Shown: positions 1 to 13,548 of the stretch, piece by piece
Layout: each line of letters opens with the position of its first letter
How positions within the stretch are numbered: the stretch's first letter is position 1
Assembly (NCBI RefSeq): GCF_004010195.1
Contig: NC_057719.1
Span: forward strand, 63,698,602-63,762,601
Source of the DNA: Chiloscyllium plagiosum
Taxonomy: Eukaryota
Reading direction: 5' to 3'
Length of the DNA stretch: 64,000 nucleotides
Translations under genes and position numbers: made by a program
The notes under the pieces: generated by a model
Seen by the model: only the letters and a program-made list of their open reading frames with translations
Database searches by the model: none
What the model was told of the DNA's origin: nothing

Positions 1-934
1 CAATTTATCTCTCTCTGGTTTAAATGAAATATTCTACAAAATTACTATCCATTGTTTCAACCGACATAAGGCAATCTCAACAAATCATTACATTTTAGAT
101 CCAATTCTAAATTCAAATTAGGATACAATTACTTCTTTGAGAAATTTGATATTTGTTAAAAGTGCATTTTATTTTTGGTTTCACCTAGCTTTTTACAGCA
201 GCTGGCAGTTTCTTCGTATAAATACTTACTGTGTATATCCACAGATATATGGTAATGCATTTTCATTCATACACTGCAAAGGAGAGCATTATTGACATGT
301 AACATTTTTACTTTCTTCTTCCCTTCTCCCCGCATGAATGGGCCACCATTGAGTGTTTTGGTAACGCACCCTGGGGCTAGTTTTGTTCAATGTTCCTTCA
401 CCTTTGGGACTGGAATTCAATTACACAAAAATGATGGATTAGAGTTTGTCTCCATTTGCAGTAATGCTTTACTTAAAGTTACTATCTGGCTTCTCGCATC
501 CAATACTCTTATGTTTGCAAGTCTGCAGCCCAGAATTTCAAGTATAATCTGGCTGAGAATTGGCACTTTCACTTAAAGTGGATGTGATGACAGCTGCTGA
601 AATTGAGGGTAAATCTTGAACTGGAACAGGAGAGGGAGTTTTCCGTGGTTCGAGCCACATTCTTGGCAGAGAGCAAAAGCTGTCCTTTGGTGCTTTCCTC
701 TGTTGTTTGTGAGCAGGGACTGCTTGATGCTAACATTCATTGCAAGGATTAGGAACACTTCATATTCCCATGCAGTTAGGTTTATTTTTCAATGTCCATG
801 AACAAATGTAATATTCATGCCAGCTTTCTTCAATTTCCTGAGGCCTGCTATGCAAATAGTGCACGAATGATAAAACCTCAAAACGTCTGAGCATTTTTCT
901 TTCTCAGTCTTACATTGTATCTGTGTTTTTTTTG

Positions 935-1290
935 TTATTCATGGTTTGAGGGCAGCATTTACTGCCAATCCCTAATTGCCCAGAGGGCAGTGAACAGTCA
1001 ACCACATTGCTGTGGGTCTGGTGTCACCTGTAGGTCACACCAGGTAAGGATGGCAGTTTCCTTCCCTACAGGACATTAGTGAACCAAATGTGTTTTCTTG
1101 ACAGTTAGCAATTGTTTCTTGGTCATCATTTAATTCTTAGTTCCAGATATTTATTGAATTCAGATTCCACCATCTGCCATGGCAGATTCAAATCTGGGTC
1201 CCCAGAACCTTACTGGGTTCCCAGAACTTTACTTGGTTTTCTGAATTAACAATCCAGTGGTAATTCCACTAGGCCATTGCCGCCTCCCTA
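935..1290 (-). mobile_element. Old SINE-like element with LINE-derived 3' tail (family not named)
   Basis: Reverse complement carries the ...ggttcactaatgtcctgtagggaagg... core and gggcaattagggattggcagtaaatg tail. Related pieces recur at ~5595-5850, 7395-7520 and 26305-27295. Confidence 0.65.
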
Positions 1291-2802
1291 AGTTTTCCCA
1301 AGAATTATACTGTGATCTGTCTTACTGAAAGACAGACAAAGAGGTATGAATTGTAGTACAATACTTTAAGTTGGAGGTTTGAGATCAAAATTGAACTTGA
1401 TCATGGGCAGCCCTGCTTTTAAAAGCCCCAAGCAGATTTTAGATCCATTAGGCAGCTAATGGACTGCCCTCAGGGACTCCCATCCCATTAGGAGGTGATA
1501 TCCTACACCTGAGAGCTGCTGGCTGTTCGAAGCATTTGAGGCCACTGTCAGGGTTGCATCTACCAAGGTAATTGGGGTTATAAACTCCCCGAGGTGGAGA
1601 AGGACTGCAGTGCAAGTCTAGGAGTGGTTTGTGAAGGCGGGAGATGGTCACTGTAGAGTGGGACTAAGCAGGCGAGTGAGAGTCACGATCAGGAGAAGAA
1701 CTATCCAAGCCTTCAAGGAAGTTAGCCCCAGCCGCATGGCAGCAGAATGGAAACTATGGTGGGAGGATGACGTTCTCTCCCACCTGATTCTTTTCAACCC
1801 AGGTGAACGCCCTATCCCCCCACCTCCAGCCTATTTCTCAAGGCTCCATAAATCTCTGGCCATTACACTTAGATGGAAATCAGCAGACCCAGACCCCAAA
1901 ATGAGTATATTTTATTTCTCTAGGAAAGAACTTTACCTATTTGTATAACTAGCTATTTGGAATGAGTTTAAACTTGTGCATATTAGGATGCATGTACAAC
2001 GTTTGTTTTAACTCCTAGGATACTTATGTTGCTTATGCAGTCTCCTGCTTTAACATTTTACTTTGGTTCAGAAGGTAGATTGAATGCTCTTTCAAATGAG
2101 AAAATATTTGCTACATGCAGCACTTGAGTGATGGCAGTAGAATGAAATTGAGTCAATTGAAGTATTGTTCCACTAAATCTTCAGCGCTTATGAAAACCAG
2201 AGATTCAATTCTGCATTTCCATATGAAACAAAATCCCCACAGCTGCTTCATCTTCATTTCATTTTCTGCCCTCTCCCGTCATATTGCCCCCAATCTCCTG
2301 CAGTGCTCCCTATTGAAATTGAGGTCAAATAGTGCGGACACTGGCTCCTCTCGGTGATCTTCTGGTGATTGATGTATTCTTCCATTATTCCATCCAATTC
2401 AAATGAAATGCAGTTTTCTTATCTCTTAAATGTGCATAGTATATCTTTTACAAGATAAAAGTGCATCACAATAATGTGGCTTTTCTGCCAAATTATTTGA
2501 AACAAAGTATACACTATACATAATTATTTCATACCTTGAATGGTTGCACATTTGAGTTTCTTTTGGATGACTTTGGTCTTTCGGGGCCATGCACTTTGCT
2601 TATCTCTGCAGCTTGTGGGGCCAAATAAGTGATCTGCTGTTTTTTGGTCTGCTGTTAGCAAGTGTGAAAATGTGGTGCACTGATGCTTCTTGTGTGACTT
2701 TCTCTCATCTGAGATTTAAAAAGTGCCCGCCCACTTTTTTCACAAATGTATCTATGCTCTGAGAGACCTAACTCGTGGCTGATGATGTTTGTTCCTTCCT
2801 GA

Positions 2803-4615
2803 AGAGTCATAGAGATGTACAGCATGGAATCAGACCTCTTCAGTCCAACTCGTTCATGCCGACCAGATATCTCAACCCAATCTAGTCCCACCTGCCAGCA
2901 CCTGGCCCATATCCCTCTAAACCCTTCCTATTCATATACCCATCCAAATGCCTCTTAAATGTTGCAATTGTACCAGCCTCCACCACATCCTCTGGCAGCT
3001 CATTCCATACCCTCTGCATGAAAAGGTTGCNNNNNNNNNNNNNNNNNNNNNNNNNNNNNNNNNNNNNNNNNNNNNNNNNNNNNNNNNNNNNNNNNNNNNN
3101 NNNNNNNNNNNNNNNNNNNNNNNNNNNNNNNNNNNNNNNNNNNNNNNNNNNNNNNNNNNNNNNNNNNNNNNNNNNNNNNNNNNNNNNNNNNNNNNNNNNN
3201 NNNNNNNNNNNNNNNNNNNNNNNNNNNNNNNNNNNNNNNNNNNNNNNNNNNNNNNNNNNNNNNNNNNNNNNNNNNNNNNNNNNNNNNNNNNNNNNNNNNN
3301 NNNNNNNNNNNNNNNNNNNNNNNNNNNNNNNNNNNNNNNNNNNNNNNNNNNNNNNNNNNNNNNNNNNNNNNNNNNNNNNNNNNNNNNNNNNNNNNNNNNN
3401 NNNNNNNNNNNNNNNNNNNNNNNNNNNNNNNNNNNNNNNNNNNNNNNNNNNNNNNNNNNNNNNNNNNNNNNNNNNNNNNNNNNNNNNNNNNNNNNNNNNN
3501 NNNNNNNNNNNNNNNNNNNNNNNNNNNNNNNNNNNNNNNNNNNNNNNNNNNNNNNNNNNNNNNNNNNNNNNNNNNNNNNNNNNNNNNNNNNNNNNNNNNN
3601 NNNNNNNNNNNNNNNNNNNNNNNNNNNNNNNNNNNNNNNNNNNNNNNNNNNNNNNNNNNNNNNNNNNNNNNNNNNNNNNNNNNNNNNNNNNNNNNNNNNN
3701 NNNNNNNNNNNNNNNNNNNNNNNNNNNNNNNNNNNNNNNNNNNNNNNNNNNNNNNNNNNNNNNNNNNNNNNNNNNNNNNNNNNNNNNNNNNNNNNNNNNN
3801 NNNNNNNNNNNNNNNNNNNNNNNNNNNNNNNNNNNNNNNNNNNNNNNNNNNNNNNNNNNNNNNNNNNNNNNNNNNNNNNNNNNNNNNNNNNNNNNNNNNN
3901 NNNNNNNNNNNNNNNNNNNNNNNNNNNNNNNNNNNCACCTCACCTGTGACTATCAATGATACAAATATCTCAGCAAGAGGCTCAGCAATCACTTCTCTAG
4001 CTTCCCACAGAGTTCTCGGGTACACCTGATTAGGACCTGGGGATTTATCCACTTTTATGCGTTTCAAGACATCCAACACTTCCTCCTCTGTAATCTGGAC
4101 ATTTTGCAAGATGTCACCAACTATTTCCCTTCAGTCTCTATCTTCCATATCCTTTTCCACAGTAAATACTGATGCAAAATATTCATTTAGTATCTCCCCC
4201 CTTTTCTGTGGCTCCACACAAAAGCCGCCTTGCTGATCTTTGAGGGGCCCTATTCTCTCCCTAGTTACCCTTTTGTCCTTAATATATTTGTAAAACCCCT
4301 TTGGATACTCCTTAATTCTATTTGCCAAAGCTATCTCATGTCCCCGTTTTGCCCTCCTGATTTCCCTCTTAAGTATGCTTCTACTTTCTTTTACTCTTCT
4401 AAGGATTCACTCGATCTATCCTGCCTGTACCTGACATATGCTTCCTTCTTTTTCTTAACCAAACCCTCAATTTCTTTAGTCATCCAGCATTCCCTATACC
4501 TACCAGCCTTCCCTTTCACCCTGACAGGAATATACTTTCTCTGGATTCTTGTTATCTCATTTCTGAAGGCTTCCCATTTTCCAGCTGTCCCTTTACCTGC
4601 GAACATTTGCCTCCA
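2803..4615 (-). mobile_element. CR1 LINE, 5'-truncated ORF2 and 3' end, spanning an assembly gap
   Basis: Peptides KVDKSPGPNQVYPRTLWE, GEILNEYFASVFT and RVWNELPEDVVEAGTIATFKRHLD; 3' tail (ctctatgactc). Same family as 52447-55426. Confidence 0.92.
3031..3935. other. Assembly gap (N run)
   Basis: Run of N inside a CR1 copy. Confidence 1.
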
Positions 4616-5175
4616 GATACCCTGCTGCATTTGCCAAATCTTGATCCTGATCTCAGATTCTCTTCCTCCTTAGTCACCTTCTCTTCCTTGAGCACTTTAA
4701 CTCGTTCCAACTTTTATGTTTCTTCTTTAAAATCCTCAACTCTACTTAATCTCCATTTGAATTTCTCATTAATTTATTGTCCTTTTCCTCTGTCATCCTT
4801 TGCACTGAGTGAAGCCTCATCCTTGATGATTCATTTTCTGTTTCAACTCATCTTGTCCTCTTTCTTCTGATTTTACGAACCTTTTATTGTCCCACATCCT
4901 TTGTATAAACCCTTTTCCATATATGTGGCCACACCTATATGCTTTTGTGTGATGTCTCTACTCCCATTGACTCCATCATAGATGAAGTCGTATCTGATAG
5001 CTTCCCACATTCACTTTCTAAATTCCAACATCACGTCTTCCTCCTTCCAACCCTTGGAAGAGCTTTTCTCAGGTCATTTGCACTATCAAATTTACATTAG
5101 TTTAGTCTCAGACCAGTTCAGCAGTATATTTCTGATTGTTTTAATCACTTAGTCACCTCCATACCTCATTGTTAA

Positions 5176-5325
5176 GAATCACGCAACACCAGGTTATAGT
5201 CCAACAGATTTAATTGGAAGCACACTAGCTTTCAGAGCGTCGGTCCTTCATCAGGTGATCGTGGAGAACTCAATAATAAGACACAGAATTTATAGCAAAC
5301 ATTTATGGTGTGATGCAACTGTAAT
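5176..5325 (-). mobile_element. Penelope-like terminal fragment with degenerate hammerhead motif
   Basis: Reverse complement cacCTGATGAagga...GAAAgctagtg. Homologous to 29385-29505 and 35485-35810. Confidence 0.65.
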
Positions 5326-6044
5326 CCTAGATTCCTCTTTCTTTGTCAGTTCTTCCCCATTCCTAATTTCCCTTTCCTCTCCAAAGTCCTTGAATATGAT
5401 GCCATTTCCTAAGCCTGTGTCAATTCTGCCCGTAGCTACTGGTTTAAATCTCTTCAATTAGGTACATCTAGTAATTTACAGTTTCTCATGCATTACATGT
5501 TAACATTGTCGAAGTAGCGCTTTTAATTCATTCTGTGTGATGATTTTCCAAATGGGGCTTCAGACTGATGGTGAATGTATTTTGGAATTTTTTTTTTCCT
5601 TTCATGGGATGTAAATTTTACTGACTGGGACAACATTTATTGCCCATCCCTAATTACCTTGAGAACATGGTGGTGAGCCGTCTTCTTGATCATGCAGTTC
5701 AAATGCTGTAGGTAGCTCACAGTGCTGATAGTGAGGGACTCCCAGTACATTGTCCCAGCTGGGCTAGTCACTGGATTGGTAAACCAGAAGCCATTACTCT
5801 GACGACTTGGCTATAAATCCCACCATGGCAGCTGGTGGAATTTAAGGTAAATTTAATTTAATTTAGTTAGGGTGCAGAACCTTCCTTTTGGTGCCAAAAT
5901 CAACATTAATTTTACATGTCGTTGACAATGCCTTCATTCACCTACGCAATTCTTAAAAGATGGTAGAATGAATTGATAAGACTGTTAAAAACCATCTTTA
6001 GATTGGTAAATAGCAGTCTAAAGTACAAAAAGCAAAGAAGATAA

Positions 6045-7125
6045 CAGTTTGAGTGAGTGAGCAAATGCATGGCAGATGCAGTATAATATGAATAAAAGTG
6101 ACGTTATCCACTTCAGTAGCAAAATAGGAAGGCACATGATTTGAATGGCTGTAAATTGAGAGGAGGGTTGTTCAATGAGACTTAGATGTCCTTCTGCACC
6201 AACTGCTGAAATTAAAGGTGCAAGTGCAGCAGGCAGTCAAGAAGACACACTGTATGTTGGTCATCATAACAAGATTTGAGTATTGGAATGAAAATTAGCA
6301 TGAAATATAAACTATGACAACTACTCATTGGAATTTAGAAGAATGGGGTGGGTGACTTTATTGAAACATTCAAGATTCTTAGGGGACTTGACAGGGTAGA
6401 TGTGGAAAGATTTATTTCCCCTTTTGGGAGAATCTAGGACCAGAGGGCATAATCTCAGAACAAGGGATAACTGAGTTAACACAGTGGGTGGCACGGGTGG
6501 CACAGTGGTTAGCACTGTTGCCTCACAGCGCCAGAGACCCGGGTTCAATTCCCGCCTCAGGCGACTGACTGTGTGGAGTTTGCACGTTCTCCCCGTGTCT
6601 CCGTGGGTTTCCTCCGGGTGCTCCGGTTTCCTCCCACACTCCAAAGATGTGCAGATCAGGTGAATTAGCCATGCTAAAATGCCCATAGTGTTAGGTAAGG
6701 GGTAAATGTAGGGGTATGGGTAGGTTGTGCTTCGGCGGGGCGGTGTGGACTTGTTGGGCCGAAGGGCCTGTTTCCACACTGTAAGTAATCTAATCTAATC
6801 TAATCTAATCTAATCTAATCTAATCTAAGAGATGAGTTATGAATTTCTTATGTGAGGGTAGTGAATCTGTGGAATTGTTTACCACATAAGCTGTAGAGAC
6901 TTGGATCATTAGGTATTCTTATGGTTATCCTAGAGTCTACAACCAGAGGGCATTATCTCAGAGCAAGGCATTGCCCAGGCATAGATTTTTTAATTGGTAA
7001 GGGAATCAATATTTATTGGAAGAGGTTCGAAAGTGGAGTTGAGGATTATTAGATCAGCCATGACCTCATTAAATTTTGAAGCAGACTCAATGGACCAAAT
7101 TGCCCACTGTATGGTGTCTCCTAGT
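6045..7125 (+). mobile_element. Old CR1 LINE 3' portion, interrupted by an HE1 SINE
   Basis: Degenerate CR1 motifs tggcagatgcagtataat, ggggacttgacagggtagatg and gagggtagtgaatctgtggaatt. Confidence 0.75.
6490..6827 (+). mobile_element. HE1-type tRNA-derived SINE
   Basis: A box ggcacagtggttagc, B box gggttcaattccc, CR1-like tail gggccgaagggcctgtttccacactgta and (TAATC)n. Confidence 0.93.
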
Positions 7126-7129
7126 CTAT

Positions 7130-7349
7130 GCTGAAAATGTGTTGCTGGAAAAGCGCAGCAGGTCAGGCAGCATCCAGGGAACAGGAGAATCGACGTTTCG
7201 GGCATAAGCCCTTCTTCGACTTTCCTCATTCCTGAAGAAGGGCTTATACCCAAAACGTCGATTCTCCTGTTCCCTGGATGCTGCCTGACCTGCTGCGCTT
7301 TTCCAGCAACACATGTTCAGCTCTGATCTCCAGCATCTGCAGACCTCAC
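7130..7349. mobile_element. Fold-back Penelope-like mini-insertion with 15-bp TSD
   Basis: Inverted ~88-bp arms (7131-7218 / 7233-7321). Direct repeat TGTCTCCTAGTCTAT at 7115-7129 and 7350-7364. Confidence 0.85.
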
Positions 7350-8364
7350 TGTCTCCTAGTCTATCCCTGACTGGTGTAAAAACTAGCTGGTTTGCTACTG
7401 TTCCTTCAGGAGGGAAATATTACTTACATATAACTGCAGATCCACAGCAATGTTGTTGACAACTAATTGAGTAGCCTCACAAACCATTCTGTTCAAGGGC
7501 CATTAAAGGTGGACAACGGAGGGTAAAAAGAACAAAAAAAGAGAAACAACAGTTCAAAGTCATAATTTTAATAATTAGTTTGGCAAAATGTGGTTTGATG
7601 TTTTAAAATTCCATGCTGTATTTCCCAAGTGGAATGTATTGAATATTATCTCAATGTGAAAATTTTAATTTGGTTCCAAACCAAAATAAATAATTCTGTT
7701 CTTGGCCACATTACCTATTCAGCCCATCAATCAGTAGTTGAAGATGTTAGTTATGTTTGATGCTCTTGTGAGTAATTTTACAATTTGGTCACAGAAGGTT
7801 AGGGGGAGGTTGCAGTAAATCAGAAGCTAATGCCATCGTAGAAAGCAAAGAGTAGCTGCCTTGAAAGCTGCAACAAATTAAATGGAGTTCAATACAGTGT
7901 CTCAAAGGTCAATGTCACTGTGTTACTATTTATGTTGCACATTTGGATTTATTGGCAAAACAGATAAATTGCTCGTATTAACTAGTAGAGAATGTGGGGT
8001 ACAGAATCCTCTGTGATTGGTTCTTTTACATGGCAAAAGCTGCTTAATGTGAGATGACTAGATTGGTACAAAGGAAGGCTGTCATTTGCAGGAGAGAGAT
8101 CTGGAAATTTTGGTACTTTGTTTGATAGAGCAATTTTCACAGCATGTGGCAACAGTAAGTAAGGCAGAATTAGTCTAGACTGGAACATAAGACCCAAGGA
8201 TCCAAGTAGACGGCCGATGATCACTATGTGACTGGGAACTTCCAGACTTGGAATAGCAACTATTTCCATTCTCCTTCGCCTGGCCACACACCTGACTCTT
8301 GTCCTGGTTTTGACTCTTTCTCCTTTCCTACTCTTTTATCCCCTTACCTTTCTTACCCAAATCT

Positions 8365-8965
8365 CAGTGGTCGGGAAGCTTTGGAAGAATATCGGGAATG
8401 TAGGAGCAATCTGCAACAAGGAATTAAGAGGGCTAAAAGGGGTCATGAGGTATCTTTAGCAAACAGGGCTAAGGAAAATCCCAAAGCCTTTTATTCATGT
8501 ATAAGGAGCAAGAGGGTAAGTAGAGAAAGGATTGGCCCACTCAAGGACAAAGGAGTAAAGATATGCATGGAGTCAGAGAAAATAGGTGAGATTCTTAACG
8601 AGTACTTTGCATCAGTATTCACTGAGGAGAGGGACATGATGGGTGTTGAGGTGAGGGATAAATGTTTGAATACTCTAGGGCAAGTCGGCTTAAGGAGGGA
8701 GAAAGTGTTGGGTGTTCTTAAAGGCATCAAGGTAGACAAGTCCCTGGTCCGGATGGGGTCTATCCCAGGTTACTGAGGGAAGGGAGAGAGGAAACAGCTG
8801 GGTTCTTAACAGATACCTTTACAGCATCCTTGAACACGGATGAGGTCCCGGAGGACTGGAGAATTGCTAATGTTGTCACTTGTTTAAGAAGGGTAGCATG
8901 GATAATCCAGGTAATTATAGATCGGTGAGCCTGATGTCAGTGGTAGGGAAACTGCTGGAAAAGAT
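8365..8965 (+). mobile_element. CR1 LINE ORF2 fragment
   Basis: ALEEYRECR...KENPKAFYSCIRSKR...GEILNEYFASVFTEE...KVDKS. A CR1 3' tail follows at ~9055-9245. Confidence 0.9.
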
Positions 8966-10559
8966 GTTGTTTTTGCCAGCGTTTTCGCATGTTCTTCAGT
9001 ACAGGTAACCAAATTCACCTCCCTCTTCGATGTAATGTTTTTATGGGACCTTGAAATCTTGTTCGGATTAATATTCGGATAATCGAGGTTCCTCTGTAGC
9101 TAGACAGATATATGAATGGATAGGAAGCAGAGAGATACTGACTCTTAGAAAATAGGCGGCAGGTTTAGATAAAAGATGTGGATTGGCGCAGGCTTGAAGG
9201 GTCGAAGGGCCTGTTCCTGTGCTGTAATTTTCTTTGCTCTTTGATCTTTTATTCACAATATTTTTCCCCTCTCTGACCTCCATGTGTCATCCTTATCCTT
9301 CTCTTCTCTCTGCTTGCTCCCCTTCGCAGTTATCTTTTTCTTGTCCGTCACCTTTATCCTCATTCACAAATCTCCCTTTCACCTTTCCCTAGCCTGATTT
9401 CTAATTGTCTAACGCTGCCTCACTTGAATATTGCACCTGATATTGAGTCCTGGTGTTAATGCCAGAGAAAAATCAACAAATCAATTTGAAGAAAGTTTTT
9501 TTTGTTTTAAAACAGAAATTTTGGTTGTCTTGCATATGAAGACATTGGCCACTTTTTAACTCGCTGTGTGACTTTGCTGATTGTAGAAAATGATTGCGTT
9601 GCAACAGATATACAGTTTGCCCAGAAGAATATCACCACTATTCCAAATAGTGTATGAAAATCTTTACTGAAAATTTTTGTAATCTTATCCCCACGACACT
9701 TGAAATTCCTAGTTTAGGTACCTTTCAGTTCATTTTCCAGCTGCCTCAAATTCTTGCAAGTACAGACAATAACTAATACAGTAGTTTTCTTTTCATGTCC
9801 AGTTAATTCAGATTCTGGGACCTCATCTGAAAATTGGTTGCCAGGGTTTCTTTTGTTGATTCCATGTTCCCAACTCTGGCAGTAGCCTGATACCAAGGTA
9901 AAATTCAGTATAAGTGTGCTAAGAAACATCTTTCAGATTCTAGGTTACTGAAATGCAAATTAAAAATATGATACAGCTGTAGTCACAAATTATATGTGAG
10001 AAGACTATAGTCTCATCTGGCCTGCCCATCAACTTACCCACTCTGTTCCTGTGATACATCTGTATCATTTACAAACACGAAGAAACGATCCCTGTCAGAT
10101 TTTCAAGATCCCATCTACTCCTCAAAACCTGTCGAAATTGTACCAGTAGCTATTTCAACTTGCTGGTCATCATTTTTGCTGAAACACTTTTTTCTTAAAA
10201 CATTTTTCTTTGGCCCTTGAATGTGTATCCCAATATTTAAATTAGAAACAATGAAATGGAGATGTACTTTCAAACATTCTGAGTATTCTACCTATAAATT
10301 CAAAGACTATTGAATCAAATAAGTTTCCAAGCAGTTGGGAAGATCAGTAGAAATAGATTATTCAGATTGTTGAGCAATTGTGTAATATTTGGACAACTGC
10401 TAGAGAAATTTAACAGATTGGAACTATGTACAATGCATCATGGTGTGATAATATCAGACAAATTCAGTTTTGTTGATAAATTATTAAAAATATTTGAATG
10501 CAGTCACTCATTTCAGAGTCCTGTATATATTAAGACAACAACAATTTGTCTGTATATGA

Positions 10560-11270
10560 CATGTTTAACATACTGAAACATGCCAATGCGTGGTCCTAGC
10601 ATCAAATAAAATTTGATACTGAGCTGCAGATGGAGATATTAGAACAGTTAGCAAAAGCTTTATCCAAGGGGATAGTTTGAAAGATCACTTTAGAATAGAG
10701 TGGTTAGAAAAATCTTGGGAGGAAATTTAGAGCTTTGGATCTAAACAGCGAAGTGAATTGCTAGAAATTGGTTAAAATATGAAAATCTAGGAAGCGCCAG
10801 AATCAGTGACGAGCAGAAATGTTGGAAGGTTGTTGGGCTGGAGATTGTTAGAAAGAGAGATTAAAAAAAAGAGGAAGGGAATTTTAAAAGGTGGTGCAAG
10901 TGTCAGTGTAGTTCAACATGTACAGGGATGATGAATGAGTGGAATTGTTGCAAGCTAGGTTTTGTACAGCAGAATGTGGATAAACTCAAGTTTATAGAGG
11001 TTGTAAAATGGTAGGCCACTGAGTAGATCCTTGGAGCAATCACATCTAGAGATGCTAAAGACATGGATAATGGTTTTGGCAGCAGGTGATCTGAGGCAAA
11101 ATCAGAAATGACCAATATTATAAAGAGCTGAGGAAGTAATTCCGGTAATGGAAAGTATTGGCATTTAAAATTCAGTTCACTCAAACAGGATACCGGTGTT
11201 TTAGTCTGGTTCAAACTCAGTTGCCAGGGAGAGTGATGGAGCATATGACGAGGAAATTGAGTTTGTGGTG
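10560..11270 (-). mobile_element. Degenerate L2-type LINE fragment
   Basis: Similar to 24740-25625 (shared segments such as ggagatattagaacag and ggaaatttagagctttgg). Confidence 0.6.
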
Positions 11271-11329
11271 GGAACCAAAAATGCTGGCAAAGTTGAAATG
11301 GATTGTTCCAATATAGCTGCAACACTATT

Positions 11330-12845
11330 CAACATGTGGTGTCCACAAAAAAAAGAGTATTCCAATTCAGCCAATTGCTGTCCATCAGCCTGAGTTATTG
11401 ACAGAATGGTGGAAGGTATCATCAACAGTTTTATCAAATGGCAATTACCTATCAGTAACTGTTCACTAATGCATAGTTTGAATTCTATCAGGATTGCTCA
11501 ACTCAGTGAACTGAGAGGGACCATCCTTGGCATCAAAATAGTATTTGACCAGGTGTGGCATCAAGGAGTTTTCATACAAAGAGAGTCAAGAAGAACTGGG
11601 AATAATGAGCATTAAGGAAGGTAATGGTGCTCTCAGAACTCGTCACTGCATGGATTCTTCATTATAGGTAATTTCTAATCAACATGTTCAGAGATGTTGT
11701 TCCACACCATTAGAGCAAAGAGGATTTCAACCTGGGTTTTCTGGCTAGTTCTTCATTGTGATGGCCTCGGCCAAACCGACTTCAGCTGCTTCATCAATGA
11801 CCTTCCCTCCATAAGGTCGGAAGTGGAAATGTTTGCTGATGATTGCAATGTGCATTTCCTTTCCTCAAACAATGAAACAATTTATGCTTCCATTGAGCAA
11901 AATCTGGATGTCATTCAACCTTAGGCTGATAAGTAGCAAGTATTATTTGGAGCATCTGCAACAAGAAACAGTCTAACCATCATTCTATAACATTTAGTGG
12001 TATTGCCATCAATATGTCCCATGCTATCAACATCCTGGGAAATCACCACTGTCAACAAACACACTGGAACTAGCAACATAAGTACTATGGATAATGAAGG
12101 CTATGAGTGAATGCCTCATGAACACCTGTCATCATCCCCTGCTTTTTAAAGCCTGGTCACCATCTACAAGGTACAGGAATATGATGGAACATTGTCCACA
12201 TGCCTGGATGAGCGCAGCCCCAACAACACTACAAGTGCAATAGCATCTACAGCAAAATAGCCAATTAGATCAGTACCCAATTCACCATTCACTCCCCACA
12301 CTACTGCCATAATTCAGTTTCAGTTTATAACTTTTAATAGATGTATCAACTATTCAAAGCTTTTGCGACAGTATCTTCTAAACCTACAGTCTCTGGCAGC
12401 TAAGGCAAAGGGCGAATATGGATGGGAATATTTCCACATGCAAATTTGACTCCAAATCACCCATCATTCTGGCATGGAAATAAAGGTACACAATCCTTTA
12501 TTTGAAATCCTCGGGACCAGCTGGATTTTGGAATTCAGAATTTTTTGAATTTCGGAATAAGTGGCAGTTTGATGGTGAAATTTTTAAATATCTTTCCAAA
12601 GAATAGACTTACTGTGAACAAAACGGGCCCTGAAACAAAATTGAGGCCTGCCAGTACTGGGCCACACCCCCACACATCGCATCTGAGTAACACGCATCGA
12701 GCGAGTGTGCATGCCAAACAACCTGGTTAATGAGAAAAAACCTTTGGACTTTGGAGCTTTTCGGACTTCAGATAAAGGGTTGTCTACCTCTATTTCATTT
12801 TGCCTCCATTTTTCCTGGAATCCCATCCCTAACAGAACTGCGGGA
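11330..12845 (+). mobile_element. Old non-LTR retrotransposon RT and 3' region, interrupted by a MITE
   Basis: RT motifs VFDQVWHQG and FSCFINDLPSIRSEVEMFADDC. Same family as 58430-60610. Confidence 0.8.
12483..12790. mobile_element. Tc1/mariner (Tigger-like) MITE
   Basis: Imperfect TIRs aaggtacacaatcctttatttgaa / ttcagataaagggttgtctacctc, flanked by TA on both sides. Confidence 0.75.
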
Positions 12846-13220
12846 GTTTGTTTGTTTATTTTTTGTCTTCACTCTTTTCTGTTCCCTCTGGTGAAGTGTG
12901 GGAAAGAATTACAAGGATTTTTTGACTCTCTGCATGGCATTGGCATCTCTCCTTCTATAGCTAAGAAGTCCTGGAGTGGGGCTTGAACTCAGAGCTTCTG
13001 CGGTCTAATGATGTTGCCTCTGTTGTGGAAGTAGTTTCACCAGATTCATTCTAGCAGCTCAAAAAGATTTCTCATCGCCATATTTTTGCATTTCTGCCAG
13101 TACGGTGTTATGCTGCTAGTTTTTTAAAAAGAAATGCTTACTAAAGAGGATTTATGAAACTGTTTCTCTTCTTCTTTTGGCAAGCACTTCTGTTATCTAA
13201 CAAAGTCATCCATGTTTAGT

Positions 13221-13548
13221 GCTAGAGGTTTATAAGATGATCAGAGGAATAGATAGACAGTCAGAAATGTTTTCGCTGGGTACAACAGAGTGTTACAAGG
13301 GGACATGAATTTAAGGTGAAGGGTGGAAGGTATAAGGGGGATGTCAGGGGTAGGTTCTTTACCCAGAGAGTGGTGGGGGCCTGGAATGCACTGCCTGTGG
13401 GAGTGGTAGAGTCAGAATCATTGGCGACCTTTAAGCGGCAATTGGATAGGTACACGGATGGGTGCTTAAGCTAGGACAAATGTTCGGCACAACATCGTGG
13501 GCCGAAGGGCCTGTTCTGTGCTGTATTGTTCTATGTTCCATGTTCTAA
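13221..13548 (+). mobile_element. CR1 LINE 3' end
   Basis: ttcttacccagagagtggtgggggcctggaatgcactgcc ... gggccgaagggcctgttctgtgctgta, then (tgttcta)-like tail. Confidence 0.88.

Noticed and set aside
1400..1910. GC-richer patches here and at ~13560-14170 and ~63150-63340
   Set aside because: Probably old interspersed repeats, but I could not define termini or family; no coding or splice evidence.
2882..4109. Long ORFs (313-369 aa) in the ORF track
   Set aside because: Artefacts of translating through the N gap inside a CR1.
6497..6560. tRNA-like A/B boxes
   Set aside because: SINE heads, each continuing into HE1 core and tail; not tRNA genes.
6321..6779. Recurrent peptide 'HLTCTSLDCGRKPEHPEETHADTGRTCKLHT' in many ORFs
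   Set aside because: Antisense translation of HE1 SINEs, not a gene family.
6786..6827. (TAATC)n arrays
   Set aside because: SINE 3' tails, not CRISPR or telomeric repeats.
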